A stretch of DNA of 64,000 nucleotides, from NCBI GenBank assembly GCA_964614535.1, contig CAZTOZ010000023.1, positions 81,552 through 145,551 on the forward strand, in the 5' to 3' direction. Source of the DNA: an uncultured Thiotrichales bacterium (GTDB lineage Bacteria > Pseudomonadota > Gammaproteobacteria > UWMA-0217). The notes under the pieces are model-generated. The model saw only the letters and a list, made by a program, of their open reading frames with translations. It was not told the origin of the DNA and did not search any database. This document shows, in pieces, positions 29,120 through 42,967 of this stretch. Within the stretch, counting starts at the first letter, position 1; the number at the start of each line of letters is the position of its first letter. The position numbers were made by a program, and so were the translations under genes.

Positions 29120-30091
29120 ATGAAGGAAAAACTCAGAGTCCGCACGGCCATCGTGCTGCGCACCACCACGGGCGTCTCCCTGGAGGCCGCGCGGCTGGCG
29201 CTGTTCAATGCCCTGCTGGCGCGTCGCTACGACCAGCCGCTGGTGCTGCGGATCGACAATCCGATGGACGACGATGGCGCCGGCACCGAGGCCATGCTGG
29301 ACGATCTGCGCTGGCTGGGGGTGGAGTGGACGGCGGGCCCCGATGTCGGTGGTGAACACGCCCCCTATCTCCGCTCACACCGCAGCAGCATCTACGCCGC
29401 TTTCTACGTCAAACTGATCGAGATGGGGCGCGCCTACCCCTGTTTCTGCACCGAGCGGGAACTGGAGGCCATGCGCCGTGCCCAGATCGCGTCCGGCATT
29501 ACGCCGCACTACGCCGGTGGCTGCAACCGGCTGAACCGGCAGGGGCGCCAGCACCGCATCGACAAGGGCCTGCCCGCCGTGCTGCGGTTCGCCATCCGCC
29601 GGGACTGGCGTTGCCACTACGACGACCTGCTGCTGGGACAGTACCACTGCGGCCCCGACGAGGTGGGGGATTTCGTGATCCGTGGACGCAACGGGGATGC
29701 GCAGCGGGTATTCACTACCACGGTGGACGATGCGCTGTTTGGTGTCACCCACCGCTTCCGTGGCATCGACGAACGCCAGCAGGTGCCGCAACAACTGGCG
29801 CTGGCCGATGCGCTGGGTTTGCCGTTGCCACTCTACGGACATCTGCCGCGGCTGCTGCCGGCGGCGTCGGAACAAGACGGCCTGCCCACGCTGACCTCGC
29901 TGCGCCGGGCGGGCTACCGACCGGAGGCGGTGCTGAACCATCTGGCCCGGCTCGGACACCGTTACGACAGCGAGCTGGTGCTGGACTTCGACGAGCTGGC
30001 CCGCCAGTTCCGCCTCTCCCGCCTCTGCGAGGAGCCGGTGTTCCACCGCCGTGAACGGCTCGACGCCTGGCAGGCGGCGGTCACCGCCTGA
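29120..30091 (+). CDS. glutamyl-tRNA synthetase catalytic-domain paralog (GluQRS-like) with degenerate HIGH and KMSKS motifs
   Basis: Aligns to the GluRS N-terminus (VLRIDNPMDD vs VLRIEDTDLE; CxC zinc knuckle YPCFCTERELEAM; THRFRGIDE vs THVIRGEDH). The HIGH motif is SLEA, and the KMSKS position reads LTSLRR. No anticodon-binding domain is present. Confidence 0.75.
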   Translation: MKEKLRVRTAIVLRTTTGVSLEAARLALFNALLARRYDQPLVLRIDNPMDDDGAGTEAMLDDLRWLGVEWTAGPDVGGEHAPYLRSHRSSIYAAFYVKLIEMGRAYPCFCTERELEAMRRAQIASGITPHYAGGCNRLNRQGRQHRIDKGLPAVLRFAIRRDWRCHYDDLLLGQYHCGPDEVGDFVIRGRNGDAQRVFTTTVDDALFGVTHRFRGIDERQQVPQQLALADALGLPLPLYGHLPRLLPAASEQDGLPTLTSLRRAGYRPEAVLNHLARLGHRYDSELVLDFDELARQFRLSRLCEEPVFHRRERLDAWQAAVTA

Positions 30092-30183
30092 CCGCCACCG
30101 GACGGCATTTTGCCAGCGCGGCTCTCAGGCCGGCCTGATTCCCGTTACAATAACGCCTTTTTCGCCCAAACCCGGCCCGCACC

Positions 30184-31842
<1,659 letters not shown>

Positions 31843-31849
31843 GCGACGG

Positions 31850-31965
31850 TGGGGTATTCACCCCCTCCCTGGCCCTCCCCCTGGGAGGGGGAGGGAAGCC
31901 CCTTCTCCCCGAGGGGAGAAGGTTGGGAAGAGGGGGAGGATCCTATGCCGGTCCCCCCCTGCGTT
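31850..31965. repeat. cluster of 3-4 GC-rich hairpins (REP-like) in a convergent intergenic region
   Basis: GGGGTattcACCCC, CCCTCCCCCtgggaGGGGGAGGG, CCTTCTCCCcgagGGGAGAAGG, AGGGGGAGG...CCTCCCCCT-like. Lies between the glnS stop and the udg stop. Confidence 0.5.
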
Positions 31966-32577
31966 CTAGGCCACGATGGCCCGATAGGCCGGATGGGCCG
32001 CGATCAATGCCAACGCATCCTGCAATAAGCCCTTGCCCGGTTCGGTCACATGCCAGGTGGAGGCGCCGGAGGGGTGGGGCAGCGGGATGAAGTCCACCGG
32101 CCGGCCATCACATTCGATGCGGTGCCGCTGACCGATCACCGTCTTCAACGTGTCGACGGCCATGAAGCGGCCGATCGCGAGCTTGCCGACGGGGATGATC
32201 AATTCAGGCCGGAGAATCTCGATCTCGCCGTCGAGCCATTGCCGGCAGCGGGCGATTTCGTCGCGATCGGGTACCCGATCGCCGCCCCGGGGTTTCTTGC
32301 CGGGGAAGCAGCGGCAGACGGCGCTCATATAGACGCGCTGGCGGAACCGTGGCTCGTCGAGACCGATCTGCGAAAACCATCGAAACAGTGTCTTGCCCGC
32401 GGTCCAGGCAAAGGGGCGACGGTGCTCGATCTCCTTTTCTCCCGGCGCCTGGCCCACCAGCAGCAGCTTCGATGCCACCGCTTCCCCGTGCACTGGCGGC
32501 CCGTGCATCTTCGGGCAGGCGCGACAGGCCTCGAGGCGTTCTTGTAGCCGTCGCAACCGCTGTTGCGTCGTCGCCAC
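31966..32577 (-). CDS. uracil-DNA glycosylase, family 4
   Basis: Fe-S Cys motif CRACPKM, the GQAPGEKE active-site region, and HPSGAS near the C-terminus. GTG start. Confidence 0.85.
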   Translation of the reverse strand: MATTQQRLRRLQERLEACRACPKMHGPPVHGEAVASKLLLVGQAPGEKEIEHRRPFAWTAGKTLFRWFSQIGLDEPRFRQRVYMSAVCRCFPGKKPRGGDRVPDRDEIARCRQWLDGEIEILRPELIIPVGKLAIGRFMAVDTLKTVIGQRHRIECDGRPVDFIPLPHPSGASTWHVTEPGKGLLQDALALIAAHPAYRAIVA

Positions 32578-32580
32578 GTC

Positions 32581-33261
32581 TCAGCCGCCAGTGTTGCAGG
32601 CCTTGGCGGCGCGTTTGATCAGTTCGAGCTGTGGCGCGGCGAAGGCGGTGGAGCGGCCGGCCTGTTCCAGCCGGCCGAGCAGGTTGGTGGCGTCGTCGAG
32701 GATGGCCTCGCACTGCGCTGTGGAGAAGAGCGTCAGCGCATGCTCGACCAGTTTCGGGTGTTCGGACAACAGCGTGGCTGCCAGTTCGTCCGGCGCGATC
32801 GGGGAGTTCTCGGCCAGCAGATCGGCAGCCAGTGGATTGGAGAGGGTGGTGTAGTGGGCCGCGCGGGCGTTGTCCTCGTCCTGCAGCGTCGCGATCGCCA
32901 CCGGGTCGTTTTCGGCGTTCTTGTAGATGGCCTGCATCATCGGTGCCATCAGCTTGGCGATGGCATCGTGGATCGGGGTCAGATCACCGGGCAGCGTGGC
33001 GCTGGCCTCGAAGGCCTGGTCCAGCCGCGTCTTCAGGTCGAGCACCACCTGGGTGTCGGCCTGTGGCTCGAGCGCGGCGATCTCTCCCACCAGCGTCTCG
33101 AAATCGGCGAGGAAGGCGTCGTAGTCGGCCTCGTCCGCCTGGCGGGCCGTCTCGACCGCCTCGGCCGTGACGCTGTCGAAGTCGTCGAACAGCGGATTGT
33201 TGTATTTGCGTTTCAGATGTCGTTCGCGTGCGCCGGGGCGGGCGCTGAAGGGAATGCTCAT
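32581..33261 (-). CDS. hypothetical acidic protein (226 aa)
   Basis: ORF with coding-like composition from MSIPFSARPG, adjacent to pdxH and udg on the same strand. No family was recognised. Confidence 0.5.
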   Translation of the reverse strand: MSIPFSARPGARERHLKRKYNNPLFDDFDSVTAEAVETARQADEADYDAFLADFETLVGEIAALEPQADTQVVLDLKTRLDQAFEASATLPGDLTPIHDAIAKLMAPMMQAIYKNAENDPVAIATLQDEDNARAAHYTTLSNPLAADLLAENSPIAPDELAATLLSEHPKLVEHALTLFSTAQCEAILDDATNLLGRLEQAGRSTAFAAPQLELIKRAAKACNTGG

Positions 33262-33295
33262 CGTCGGTTTTCTTCCGGTTGTATCAACGGGGTTG

Positions 33296-33930
33296 TCAGG
33301 GTGCCAGGCGCACGATCTCCCAGCCATCCTCGCGACGCCGATATTCGAAGCGGTCATGCAGCCGATTCGGCCGTCCCTGCCAGAATTCCACCGTTTCCGG
33401 CACCACACGGTAACCGCCCCAGAAATCGGGCAGCGGCACATGACCCTCGCCAAAGCGGCGCTTCATTTCGTCGAGTTTCAGCTCCAGTATCCTGCGGCCG
33501 CTGATGACCTCGCTCTGGTTGGAGACCCAGGCGCCAAGCTGGCTGCCGCGGGGACGGGTGAGAAAGTACTTGAGCGATTCGGCGGTCGATATCCTTTCGG
33601 CCCGGCCGCTGATCTCCACCTGCCGCTCCAGGGCGGTCCACGGAAACAGCAGGCAGACGCTGGGGTTGGCGTCGATCTCCCGCGCCTTCTGACTGCGATA
33701 GTTGGTGTAGAAGACGAAACCCTGGTGGTCGAAGGTCTTGAGCAGCACCGTCCGCAACGATGGCCTGCAATCGGGCGAGACGGTGGCCAGGGTCATGGCG
33801 TTCGGATCGGTGATCCCCGCCGTCGTGGCCTGTTGGAACCAGCGCTCGAACTGCGTCACCGGGTCGGTGGAGAGATCCCGCCGATGCAGCCCCCCGCGGG
33901 TGTACTCACGCCGGTAGTCGCCGATGTCCA

Positions 33931-33931
<1 letters not shown>
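33296..33931 (-). CDS. pdxH: pyridoxamine 5'-phosphate oxidase
   Basis: PNPOx motifs ([44 protein letters not shown]). ATGA overlap with the pgm stop. Confidence 0.9.
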
Positions 33932-35637
<1,706 letters not shown>

Positions 35638-35651
35638 TTAAGCTTTTTTAC

Positions 35652-36134
35652 ATGAGATGGCCCGACGTTTGTCATATTTGCGAAAGCCCCCGTCCAGGCA
35701 GTTTTTCGGCGCTGATGGAGATGTACGAACAGAACTACATCCGCCTGCGTTGCCTCTGCCCGGAGATCCGCCGGCTCGATGGCCACCACGTCTCGAGGGT
35801 GCCCGGCGCCCACGATCTGCATCTGATCGTTCAGGAGCAGGCGCGACATACCACCACGGTCAAGCTCACCTATATGATGGACGATGGGGCGTTACGACCC
35901 GACGTGGTGCTGCGGATCTATCACGATGCGTTGCAGGCGGAAGTCCTCAGCCGCCGCTGCCAGCTCAATGGCGCGCTGATGCGGGCGGAACGCAGCCCGA
36001 CACAGGCGGCGCTGGCCTGTCGCTGGAGGATCAACCGCTTTCTCTACAAATGGCTCAACTACGTGGGCCGGCAGGGACACGGCTTTCGTGACCGGGTGTC
36101 ACGACACTGCGAATGCGTACTCTGCGAGGCCTGA
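35652..36134 (+). CDS. DUF1249 (YqiB-like) protein
   Basis: Family pattern (FSALMEMYEQNYIRL...ALACRWRINRFLYKWLNY). Confidence 0.65.
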   Translation: MRWPDVCHICESPRPGSFSALMEMYEQNYIRLRCLCPEIRRLDGHHVSRVPGAHDLHLIVQEQARHTTTVKLTYMMDDGALRPDVVLRIYHDALQAEVLSRRCQLNGALMRAERSPTQAALACRWRINRFLYKWLNYVGRQGHGFRDRVSRHCECVLCEA

Positions 36135-36143
36135 GGAACCACG

Positions 36144-36839
36144 ATGGCTGAAATGCTCGTCACCGGCGCCAACCGGGGCATCGGCCTCGAACTGGCGCGA
36201 CAATACGTCGCCGACGGCTGGCGGGTGCACGCCTGCTGCCGGCGGCCCGAACAGGCACCGGCGTTGCAAGCACTGGCGCAAGCTCACCCCGGGCAACTGC
36301 GGATCCACCCGCTGGAGGTGACCGACGACGCCCAGATCGAGGCGCTGGCCGAGCGCCTCGATGGCCGTCCCATCGATATCCTGTTCAACAACGCCGGCGT
36401 CTATGGCCAGGCCGACGCCTGGTTTGGCAATACCCGCCGCGACGACTGGCTGGCGGCCCTGAACGTCAACACCATCTCGCCGATGAAGGTGATGGAGGCG
36501 CTGGTGGACAACGTTGCCGCCAGCGAGCGCCGGATCATCGCCACGCTGAGCAGCAAGATGGGCAGCATGGCCGACAACCGTTCCGGCGGAAGCTACGTCT
36601 ATCGCTCCACCAAAGCGGCGCTCAACGCCGTCATGGTCAGCGCCGCCCACGACCTCAGGCCGCGCGGCATCAGCGCGGTCGTGCTCCATCCCGGCTGGGT
36701 GCGGACCGACATGGGCGGCCCCAACGGCGAGCTGTCGGTGAGCGAGTCGGTCGATGCCATGCGGCGGATCCTCGCCGGGGTGACAGTCGACGATGCCGGC
36801 AGCTTCTATGAGATCGACGGATCGATCATTCCGTGGTAA
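36144..36839 (+). CDS. short-chain dehydrogenase/reductase (C-factor/CsgA-like SDR)
   Basis: TGANRGIG cofactor motif, NNAG, catalytic YRSTK. Confidence 0.85.
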   Translation: MAEMLVTGANRGIGLELARQYVADGWRVHACCRRPEQAPALQALAQAHPGQLRIHPLEVTDDAQIEALAERLDGRPIDILFNNAGVYGQADAWFGNTRRDDWLAALNVNTISPMKVMEALVDNVAASERRIIATLSSKMGSMADNRSGGSYVYRSTKAALNAVMVSAAHDLRPRGISAVVLHPGWVRTDMGGPNGELSVSESVDAMRRILAGVTVDDAGSFYEIDGSIIPW

Positions 36840-36942
36840 GCATGGCGCCCCGATGCCAGCAGCGACCGCCCGAGCCGGGGCGGAAGGCAGATGAGTGGCG
36901 GCATCGACTGTGCTATAAATCAGCGATCACTGATATTTATTC

Positions 36943-36972
36943 TTGACTGTTTTACTCGGGAATTGCTAGACT
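36943..36972 (+). promoter_or_regulatory. isc operon promoter (TTGACT-N17/18-TAGACT) with embedded TTTACTCGGGAAT motif resembling the enterobacterial IscR autoregulatory operator
   Basis: -35/-10 hexamers with 17-18 nt spacing, ~55 nt upstream of the iscR ATG. A CCAGAC-N10-GTCTGG inverted repeat lies just downstream at ~36976-36997. Confidence 0.5.
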
Positions 36973-37026
36973 CAGTCCAGACATACATTCGGGTCTGGTC
37001 TGAATGCACTACCGAGGAGTAGAATC

Positions 37027-37503
37027 ATGAAGCTATCAACCAAAGGACGTTATGCCGTAACGGCAATGATGGACCTGGCGATCCACGATCGCGAGGGTCC
37101 GGTGACACTGGCAGACATCTCGCAGACACAGGGCATCTCCCTATCCTACCTCGAACAACTCTTCGCCAAGCTGCGCAAGCGCGGCCTGGTCGAAGGGGTG
37201 CGTGGTCCCGGCGGTGGCTACCGTCTGGCGCGGATGCCCCACCAGATCACGGTGGCGGAGATCATCACCGCGGTGGACGAGAACGTCGACGTCATGCGCT
37301 GCCACGGCGATGGCAACTGTCAGGACGGCGAACGCTGCCTGACCCATGAGCTGTGGTCGGAACTGAGTCAGCGGCTGTACGATTTTCTCGACGGCATCAC
37401 GCTGGATCAATTCGTCGAGCGCCCGGAGATCCGCGAGATCGCCCGCCGTCAGGACGAGGAGGCCAAACGCATGAATTTCGTCTTTCCGCGTCCCGCAGCC
37501 TGA
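37027..37503 (+). CDS. iscR: Fe-S cluster assembly transcriptional regulator IscR
   Basis: Rrf2 HTH ([18 protein letters not shown]) and the three cluster-ligand Cys (C92/C98/C104). GAGGAG ribosome-binding site. Confidence 0.95.
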   Translation: MKLSTKGRYAVTAMMDLAIHDREGPVTLADISQTQGISLSYLEQLFAKLRKRGLVEGVRGPGGGYRLARMPHQITVAEIITAVDENVDVMRCHGDGNCQDGERCLTHELWSELSQRLYDFLDGITLDQFVERPEIREIARRQDEEAKRMNFVFPRPAA

Positions 37504-37519
37504 TTTCAGGAGAAACCCC

Positions 37520-38740
37520 ATGTCCGTAAAACTCCCGATCTATCTGGATTACAGCGCAACCACGCCAGTGGACGAGCGTGTCGCCGAAAAGATGAGTGAG
37601 TGTCTGACCATCGATGGCGTGTTCGGTAATCCGGCATCGCGCAGCCACGCCTTCGGCTGGGCCGCCGATGAGCGCGTGGAGAATGCCCGTCGCCAGGTGG
37701 CCGAGCTGGTCAATGCCGATCCCAAGGAGATCGTCTGGACCAGCGGCGCCACCGAGAGCGACAACCTCGCCTTGAAAGGCGCGGCGCATTTCTACCGCAA
37801 GCGGGGGCAGCACATCATCACCTGCAAGACCGAACACAAGGCGGTGCTCGACACCTGTCGCCAGCTGGAGCGCGAAGGTTACGAAGTGACCTATCTCGAC
37901 CCGCAGGAGAACGGCCTGATCGATCTGGCCACGCTCGAGGCGGCGATGCGCGACGACACCATTCTCGTCTCGATCATGCATGTCAACAACGAGATCGGCG
38001 TCATCCAGGACATCGAGGCCATCGGCGAACTCTGCCGCGACCGTGGCATCCTCTATCACGTCGATGCCGCCCAGAGCGCCGGCAAGGTGCCGATCGACCT
38101 ACAGAAGCTCAAGGTCGACCTGATGAGCTTCTCGGCGCACAAGATCTATGGGCCCAAGGGCGTCGGCGCTCTCTACGTGCGGCGCCGGCCACGGGTGCGG
38201 ATCGAGGCGCAGATGCACGGGGGCGGGCATGAACGCGGCATGCGTTCCGGCACGCTGGCGACACACCAGTGCGTCGGCATGGGCGAGGCCTTCCGCATCG
38301 CCGGCGAAGAGATGGCGAGTGAGAACGAGCGGATTCTCAATCTGCGCAAGCGGCTCTGGGAAGGCTTCAAGGACATGGAGGAGGTCTATCTCAACGGTGA
38401 CGAGGAGCGCCGCGTGGCCGGCAATCTCAACGTCAGCTTCAATTTCGTCGAGGGCGAGAGCCTGATCATGGCGTTGAAGGATCTGGCGGTATCGAGCGGC
38501 TCGGCCTGCACCTCGGCCTCGCTGGAGCCCAGCTACGTGCTGCGCGCCATCGGCCGTGACGATGAGCTGGCCCATTCGTCGATCCGCTTTTCCATCGGTC
38601 GCTACACCACGGCCGAGGAGATCGAATACACGATCCAGAAAGTGCGCGATGCCATTGGAAAACTCCGTGATCTGTCCCCACTGTGGGAGATGTATCAGGA
38701 TGGTATCGATCTCAAGTCGATCCAGTGGGCGGCGCACTGA
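37520..38740 (+). CDS. iscS: cysteine desulfurase IscS
   Basis: PLP-Lys ([12 protein letters not shown]), active-site [17 protein letters not shown], and full-length similarity. Confidence 0.97.
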   Translation: MSVKLPIYLDYSATTPVDERVAEKMSECLTIDGVFGNPASRSHAFGWAADERVENARRQVAELVNADPKEIVWTSGATESDNLALKGAAHFYRKRGQHIITCKTEHKAVLDTCRQLEREGYEVTYLDPQENGLIDLATLEAAMRDDTILVSIMHVNNEIGVIQDIEAIGELCRDRGILYHVDAAQSAGKVPIDLQKLKVDLMSFSAHKIYGPKGVGALYVRRRPRVRIEAQMHGGGHERGMRSGTLATHQCVGMGEAFRIAGEEMASENERILNLRKRLWEGFKDMEEVYLNGDEERRVAGNLNVSFNFVEGESLIMALKDLAVSSGSACTSASLEPSYVLRAIGRDDELAHSSIRFSIGRYTTAEEIEYTIQKVRDAIGKLRDLSPLWEMYQDGIDLKSIQWAAH

Positions 38741-38800
38741 CGTCTTCGCCCGGTTCTGTCGCCGGGACGACGACCACAACGCATTCAGAGGTGTACGAAA

Positions 38801-39190
38801 ATGGCATACAGTGAAAAGGTCATCGACCATTACGAGAATCCGCGCAACGTCGGCGTGCTGGACAAGGACGCCGACGACGTCGGCACCGGCATGGTCGGCG
38901 CGCCCGCCTGTGGCGACGTCATGCGGCTGCAGATCAAGGTCAACGACGATGGCGTCATCGAGGACGCCAAGTTCAAGACCTACGGCTGCGGCAGCGCCAT
39001 CGCCTCCAGCAGCCTGCTGACCGAGTGGGTCAAGGGGAAGACCCTGGAGGAGGCGGCGCAGATCAAGAATTCCGACATTGCCGAAGAGCTGGCCTTGCCC
39101 CCGGTCAAGGTTCACTGCTCCGTTTTGGCGGAAGATGCGATCAAGGCCGCCATCGAGGACTATCAGGGCAAGCGCAAGCGGGATGCCTGA
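38801..39190 (+). CDS. iscU: Fe-S cluster scaffold IscU
   Basis: Three Cys (GAPACGD, GCGSAIASS, HCSVLAEDA) and the LPPVK motif. Confidence 0.97.
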   Translation: MAYSEKVIDHYENPRNVGVLDKDADDVGTGMVGAPACGDVMRLQIKVNDDGVIEDAKFKTYGCGSAIASSSLLTEWVKGKTLEEAAQIKNSDIAEELALPPVKVHCSVLAEDAIKAAIEDYQGKRKRDA

Positions 39191-39211
39191 ACGGCCATAG
39201 CCAAGAGAGGT

Positions 39212-39541
39212 GTGATCATGGCGATTACCTTGACCGACGCGGCCGCCGACCGCGTCAGGAACTTCCTCGAAAAGCGCGGTTCGGGCATCGGCCTGCGGCT
39301 CGGGGTCAAGACCACCGGTTGCTCGGGGATGGCCTATGTGCTGGAGTTTGCCGACCAGGTGGAGCCGCAGGATACGGTCTTCGAGGACAAGGGCGTCAAG
39401 ATCATCGTCGATCCGAAGAGCCTGACCTACCTCGACGGCACCGAGCTGGATTTCGCCCGCGAGGGGCTCAATGAGGGTTTCAAGTTCAACAACCCGAACG
39501 AGGCCGATCGCTGTGGGTGCGGAGAGAGCTTCACCGTCTGA
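39212..39541 (+). CDS. iscA: iron-sulfur cluster insertion protein IscA
   Basis: A-type carrier, C-terminal CGCGESF. Confidence 0.95.
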   Translation: MIMAITLTDAAADRVRNFLEKRGSGIGLRLGVKTTGCSGMAYVLEFADQVEPQDTVFEDKGVKIIVDPKSLTYLDGTELDFAREGLNEGFKFNNPNEADRCGCGESFTV

Positions 39542-39565
39542 TCGCAGCCCGACCGCACCCAGCCC

Positions 39566-39598
39566 GAAAAAAGCCGGCCCGAGCCGGCTTTTTTCTTC
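39566..39598 (+). terminator. intra-operon stem-loop + T-tract between iscA and hscB (AGCCGGCccgaGCCGGCT TTTTTC)
   Basis: Read directly from sequence. Likely a partial terminator or attenuator. Confidence 0.5.
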
Positions 39599-39618
39599 CA
39601 ACGCATTCGAGTCAAGCC

Positions 39619-40161
39619 ATGCCGATTGATCTGACCGACAACTATTTCGCGCTGTTCTCACTACCGGTGGCCTTCGACATCGACCTGGCCGAGTTGGGCG
39701 AGCGGTATCGCGCACTGCAACAGGCGGTGCATCCCGACCGTTTTGCCGCCGCCGACGCGCAGGCGCAGCGTGCCTCGGTGCAGCACACCACCCACCTCAA
39801 CGAGGCCTACGAGACGCTCAAGGATCCGCTGCGACGCGGCTTCTACATGCTCAAGCTCAAGGGCGTCGGTTCCGACCATCACGATTACACCACGGCCGAC
39901 GGCACCTTCCTGATGCAGCAACTGGCCCACCGCGAGGCGCTGGAGGAGATTCCCCGGCAGGACGACCCGTTCGCCGCGCTGGATCGCCTGCGGGACACCG
40001 TCGAGGCCGAGGAGCAGGCGCAGATGGCGGCCTTCCGCGATGCCTGGGCGGTGGCCGACTACGAGGCCGCCAACGACGCCCTGACCAAGGTGATGTTCAT
40101 CCGCCGGCTGCAACAACAGCTCGACGAAACCGAAGAACAGCTCGAAGAGACATTGGATTGA
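39619..40161 (+). CDS. hscB: co-chaperone HscB
   Basis: J-domain HPD motif (QQAVHPDRF) plus a C-terminal helical domain. Confidence 0.9.
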   Translation: MPIDLTDNYFALFSLPVAFDIDLAELGERYRALQQAVHPDRFAAADAQAQRASVQHTTHLNEAYETLKDPLRRGFYMLKLKGVGSDHHDYTTADGTFLMQQLAHREALEEIPRQDDPFAALDRLRDTVEAEEQAQMAAFRDAWAVADYEAANDALTKVMFIRRLQQQLDETEEQLEETLD

Positions 40162-40163
40162 CG

Positions 40164-42038
40164 ATGGCACTACTGCAGATCTCCGAACCTGGCATGTCCA
40201 CCGCGCCCCATCAGCGCAAGCTGGCGGCGGGCATCGACCTCGGCACCACCAATTCGCTGGTGGCCTCGGTCCGCAGCGGCGTGGCCGAGACGCTGCCCGA
40301 TGAACAGGGACGGCACCTGCTGCCGTCGGTGGTCCACTACCGCGAAGACGGGCCGCCGCTGGTGGGCTACGAGGCGCTGCAACGGGCCAGTGACGATCCG
40401 CTGAACACCATTGCGTCGGTCAAACGACTGATGGGGCGTGGCGTCGAGGATCTGAAGCGACTCGGCGGCCAGCTCTCCTACCGCATCGCCGAAGGCGAGG
40501 GCCATGTTCCACGCATCGTCACCGCCGCCGGGGAGAAGACGGCGGTCGAGGTCTCGGCCGACATACTCAAGGCGCTGAGGGATCGCGCCGAGGCCACGCT
40601 GGGAGGCGAGCTGGAGGGGGTGGTCATCACCGTCCCCGCCTATTTCGACGATGCCCAGCGGCAGGCAACCAAGGATGCGGCCAGGCTGGCGGGGCTCGAG
40701 GTGCTGCGGCTGCTCAATGAGCCCACCGCAGCGGCGGTCGCCTATGGGCTGGAGAGCGGCGACGAAGGGGTGATCGCGGTCTACGACCTCGGTGGTGGCA
40801 CGTTCGATATATCGATCCTCCGGCTCCACAAGGGGGTTTTCGAGGTGCTGGCCACCGGAGGCGACTCGGCGCTCGGTGGCGACGACCTCGATCACGCCAT
40901 CGCCGAATGGCTGCTGCAATCCCTCGGCATCGAATCGTCCGACGATCACCGCCTGATGCGGCAGCTGATGACGGCGGCCCGCCAGGCAAAGGAGGCTCTT
41001 ACCACCGGCGAGGCGACCACCATCGAGATCACGCTGCCCGACGGCACAACCTGGCGGACCGAGCTGACGCGCGCGCGCTTCGACGAGCTGGTGCGACCAC
41101 TGGTCCGCAAGACCACCAGCGCCTGCCGCCGCGTGCTGCGCGACGCCGGCATCGACAAGGCGGCAGTGCGCGAGGTGGTGATGGTCGGCGGTTCGACGCG
41201 GGTACCCCTGGTGCGGCAGATGGTGGGCGAGTTCTTCGGTCGTGAACCGCTGGTGAGCATCGACCCCGACAAAGTGGTCGCCGTCGGCGCCGCGATTCAA
41301 GCGGACGTGCTGGTCGGCAACAAACCCGATGGTGACCTGTTGCTGCTCGATGTCATCCCGCTGTCGCTCGGGATCGAGACGATGGGCGGGCTGGTGGAGA
41401 AGATCATCCCCCGCAACACCACCATTCCGGTGGCCCGCGCCCAGGAGTTCACCACCTACAAGGATGGTCAGACGGCGATGGCGATCCACGTCGTCCAGGG
41501 CGAGCGGGAACTGGTCGCCGACAATCGCTCGCTGGCCCGTTTCGAGCTGCGCGGGATCCCGCCGATGGTCGCCGGCGCGGCCCGGATCCGCGTCACCTTC
41601 CAGGTGGATGCCGACGGCCTGCTCAATGTCTCCGCGCGCGAGGAGACCAGCGGCGTCGAGGCGTCGATCACGATCAAGCCCTCCTACGGCCTGTCGGACG
41701 AGGAGATCGAAACGATGCTGCGCGATTCGATGGAGCACGCCGCCGAAGACATGGCCGCCCGGATGCTGCGGGAGCAGCAGGTGGAGGCCGACCGGGTCAT
41801 CGAGGCGCTCGACGCGGCGCTGGCCAAGGATGGCGACGAACTGCTGACGGCACAGGAGAAGGCCGCAATCCTCGACGCCCGTCAGCAGCTCATCGAGGCT
41901 CGCCAGGGCAGCGACACCGCCGCGATCAAGGCGGCCATCAAAACCGTCGAGAAACGCGCCGAAACCTACGTGGAGCGACGCATGAACAGCAATATCCGCC
42001 AGGCGATGGCGGGTCACAACGTCGAGGAATTCGAGTAA
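40164..42038 (+). CDS. hscA: chaperone HscA (Hsc66)
   Basis: Hsp70 ATPase motifs ([17 protein letters not shown]). Confidence 0.95.
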   Translation: MALLQISEPGMSTAPHQRKLAAGIDLGTTNSLVASVRSGVAETLPDEQGRHLLPSVVHYREDGPPLVGYEALQRASDDPLNTIASVKRLMGRGVEDLKRLGGQLSYRIAEGEGHVPRIVTAAGEKTAVEVSADILKALRDRAEATLGGELEGVVITVPAYFDDAQRQATKDAARLAGLEVLRLLNEPTAAAVAYGLESGDEGVIAVYDLGGGTFDISILRLHKGVFEVLATGGDSALGGDDLDHAIAEWLLQSLGIESSDDHRLMRQLMTAARQAKEALTTGEATTIEITLPDGTTWRTELTRARFDELVRPLVRKTTSACRRVLRDAGIDKAAVREVVMVGGSTRVPLVRQMVGEFFGREPLVSIDPDKVVAVGAAIQADVLVGNKPDGDLLLLDVIPLSLGIETMGGLVEKIIPRNTTIPVARAQEFTTYKDGQTAMAIHVVQGERELVADNRSLARFELRGIPPMVAGAARIRVTFQVDADGLLNVSAREETSGVEASITIKPSYGLSDEEIETMLRDSMEHAAEDMAARMLREQQVEADRVIEALDAALAKDGDELLTAQEKAAILDARQQLIEARQGSDTAAIKAAIKTVEKRAETYVERRMNSNIRQAMAGHNVEEFE

Positions 42039-42045
42039 ACACACC

Positions 42046-42384
42046 ATGCCGAAACTGATCTTTCTGCCGCACGAGGAACTCTGCCCCGAGGGGGCCGTCA
42101 TCGAAGCCGAGCCCGGCACCACCATCTGCGATGCAGCGCTGGCGCACGGCATCGAGATTGAACACGCCTGCGAGAAGTCCTGCGCCTGCACCACCTGCCA
42201 CGTCTACGTGCGGGAGGGGTTCGACTCGTTGAACGAAGCCAGTGACGACGAGGAGGACATGCTCGACAAGGCCTGGGGCGTCGATCCCGACTCCCGGCTG
42301 AGCTGTCAGGCGGTGGTCGACCACGAGGATCTGGTGGTCGAGATCCCCAAATACACGATCAATCAGGTATCCGAAAACCATTGA
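42046..42384 (+). CDS. fdx: [2Fe-2S] ferredoxin of the ISC system
   Basis: Cys ligands CEKSCACTTCH...C, with adrenodoxin-type spacing. Confidence 0.95.
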   Translation: MPKLIFLPHEELCPEGAVIEAEPGTTICDAALAHGIEIEHACEKSCACTTCHVYVREGFDSLNEASDDEEDMLDKAWGVDPDSRLSCQAVVDHEDLVVEIPKYTINQVSENH

Positions 42385-42400
42385 CGGAGGAGGTGACACG

Positions 42401-42601
42401 ATGGGGCTGAAATGGACCGATACGCTCGATATCGCCATCGCGCTGGACGAGGCGCATCCGGACGTCGATCCGCTGACGGTCAACTTCGTCGATCTGCGCA
42501 ACTGGATCCTCGGACTCGACGACTTCGATGACGACCCGGAACACTCCGGCGAACGCATCCTCGAGGCGGTGCAGATGGCCTGGATCGACGAGCGGAGCTA
42601 A
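42401..42601 (+). CDS. iscX: Fe-S assembly protein IscX (YfhJ)
   Basis: 66 aa, acidic. MGLKWTDTLDIAIAL...FVDLRNWI matches the IscX family. Confidence 0.9.
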   Translation: MGLKWTDTLDIAIALDEAHPDVDPLTVNFVDLRNWILGLDDFDDDPEHSGERILEAVQMAWIDERS

Positions 42602-42768
42602 ACCGAATATTTCACGAAAACGGAGAAATCCGCGTAACACGCTGATTCATATTGCTTTTCCGGAGTATCGGTAAAGCGCGAGGTGGCACCAGCATCGCCA
42701 TGCGGTGATTGGAAGAACCTCAAGTGGCCCCTTCTTGTCCGATCCACCTGTAACGCATGGCGACGGCC

Positions 42769-42860
42769 ATGCTTTGCGGCGAATCGAACCAATGGCCTCG
42801 CCGAGATCCTCTCAATATCCTGCATTCTCATGAAACCATCGGGCCAACGCCCGTTTGCCT
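42769..42860 (+). repeat. copy 2 of the ~90-nt conserved non-coding element (pairs with 16509-16598)
   Basis: ATGCTTTGCGGCGAATCGAACCAATGGCCTCGCCGAGATCCTCTCAATATCCTGCATTCTCATG... It is followed by a sigma70-like promoter TTGCCT-N17-TAGAAT ~100 nt before ndk. Confidence 0.5.
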
Positions 42861-42967
42861 GTACCGCTCGCGGCCAGTAGAATCCGCTCACTTTCGAATA
42901 TCCTCGCAAACCCGCGGCCAAGGCGGGTTTGTGTTATTTTGTCCACCTGAAAATACTGGAGTTTTTC

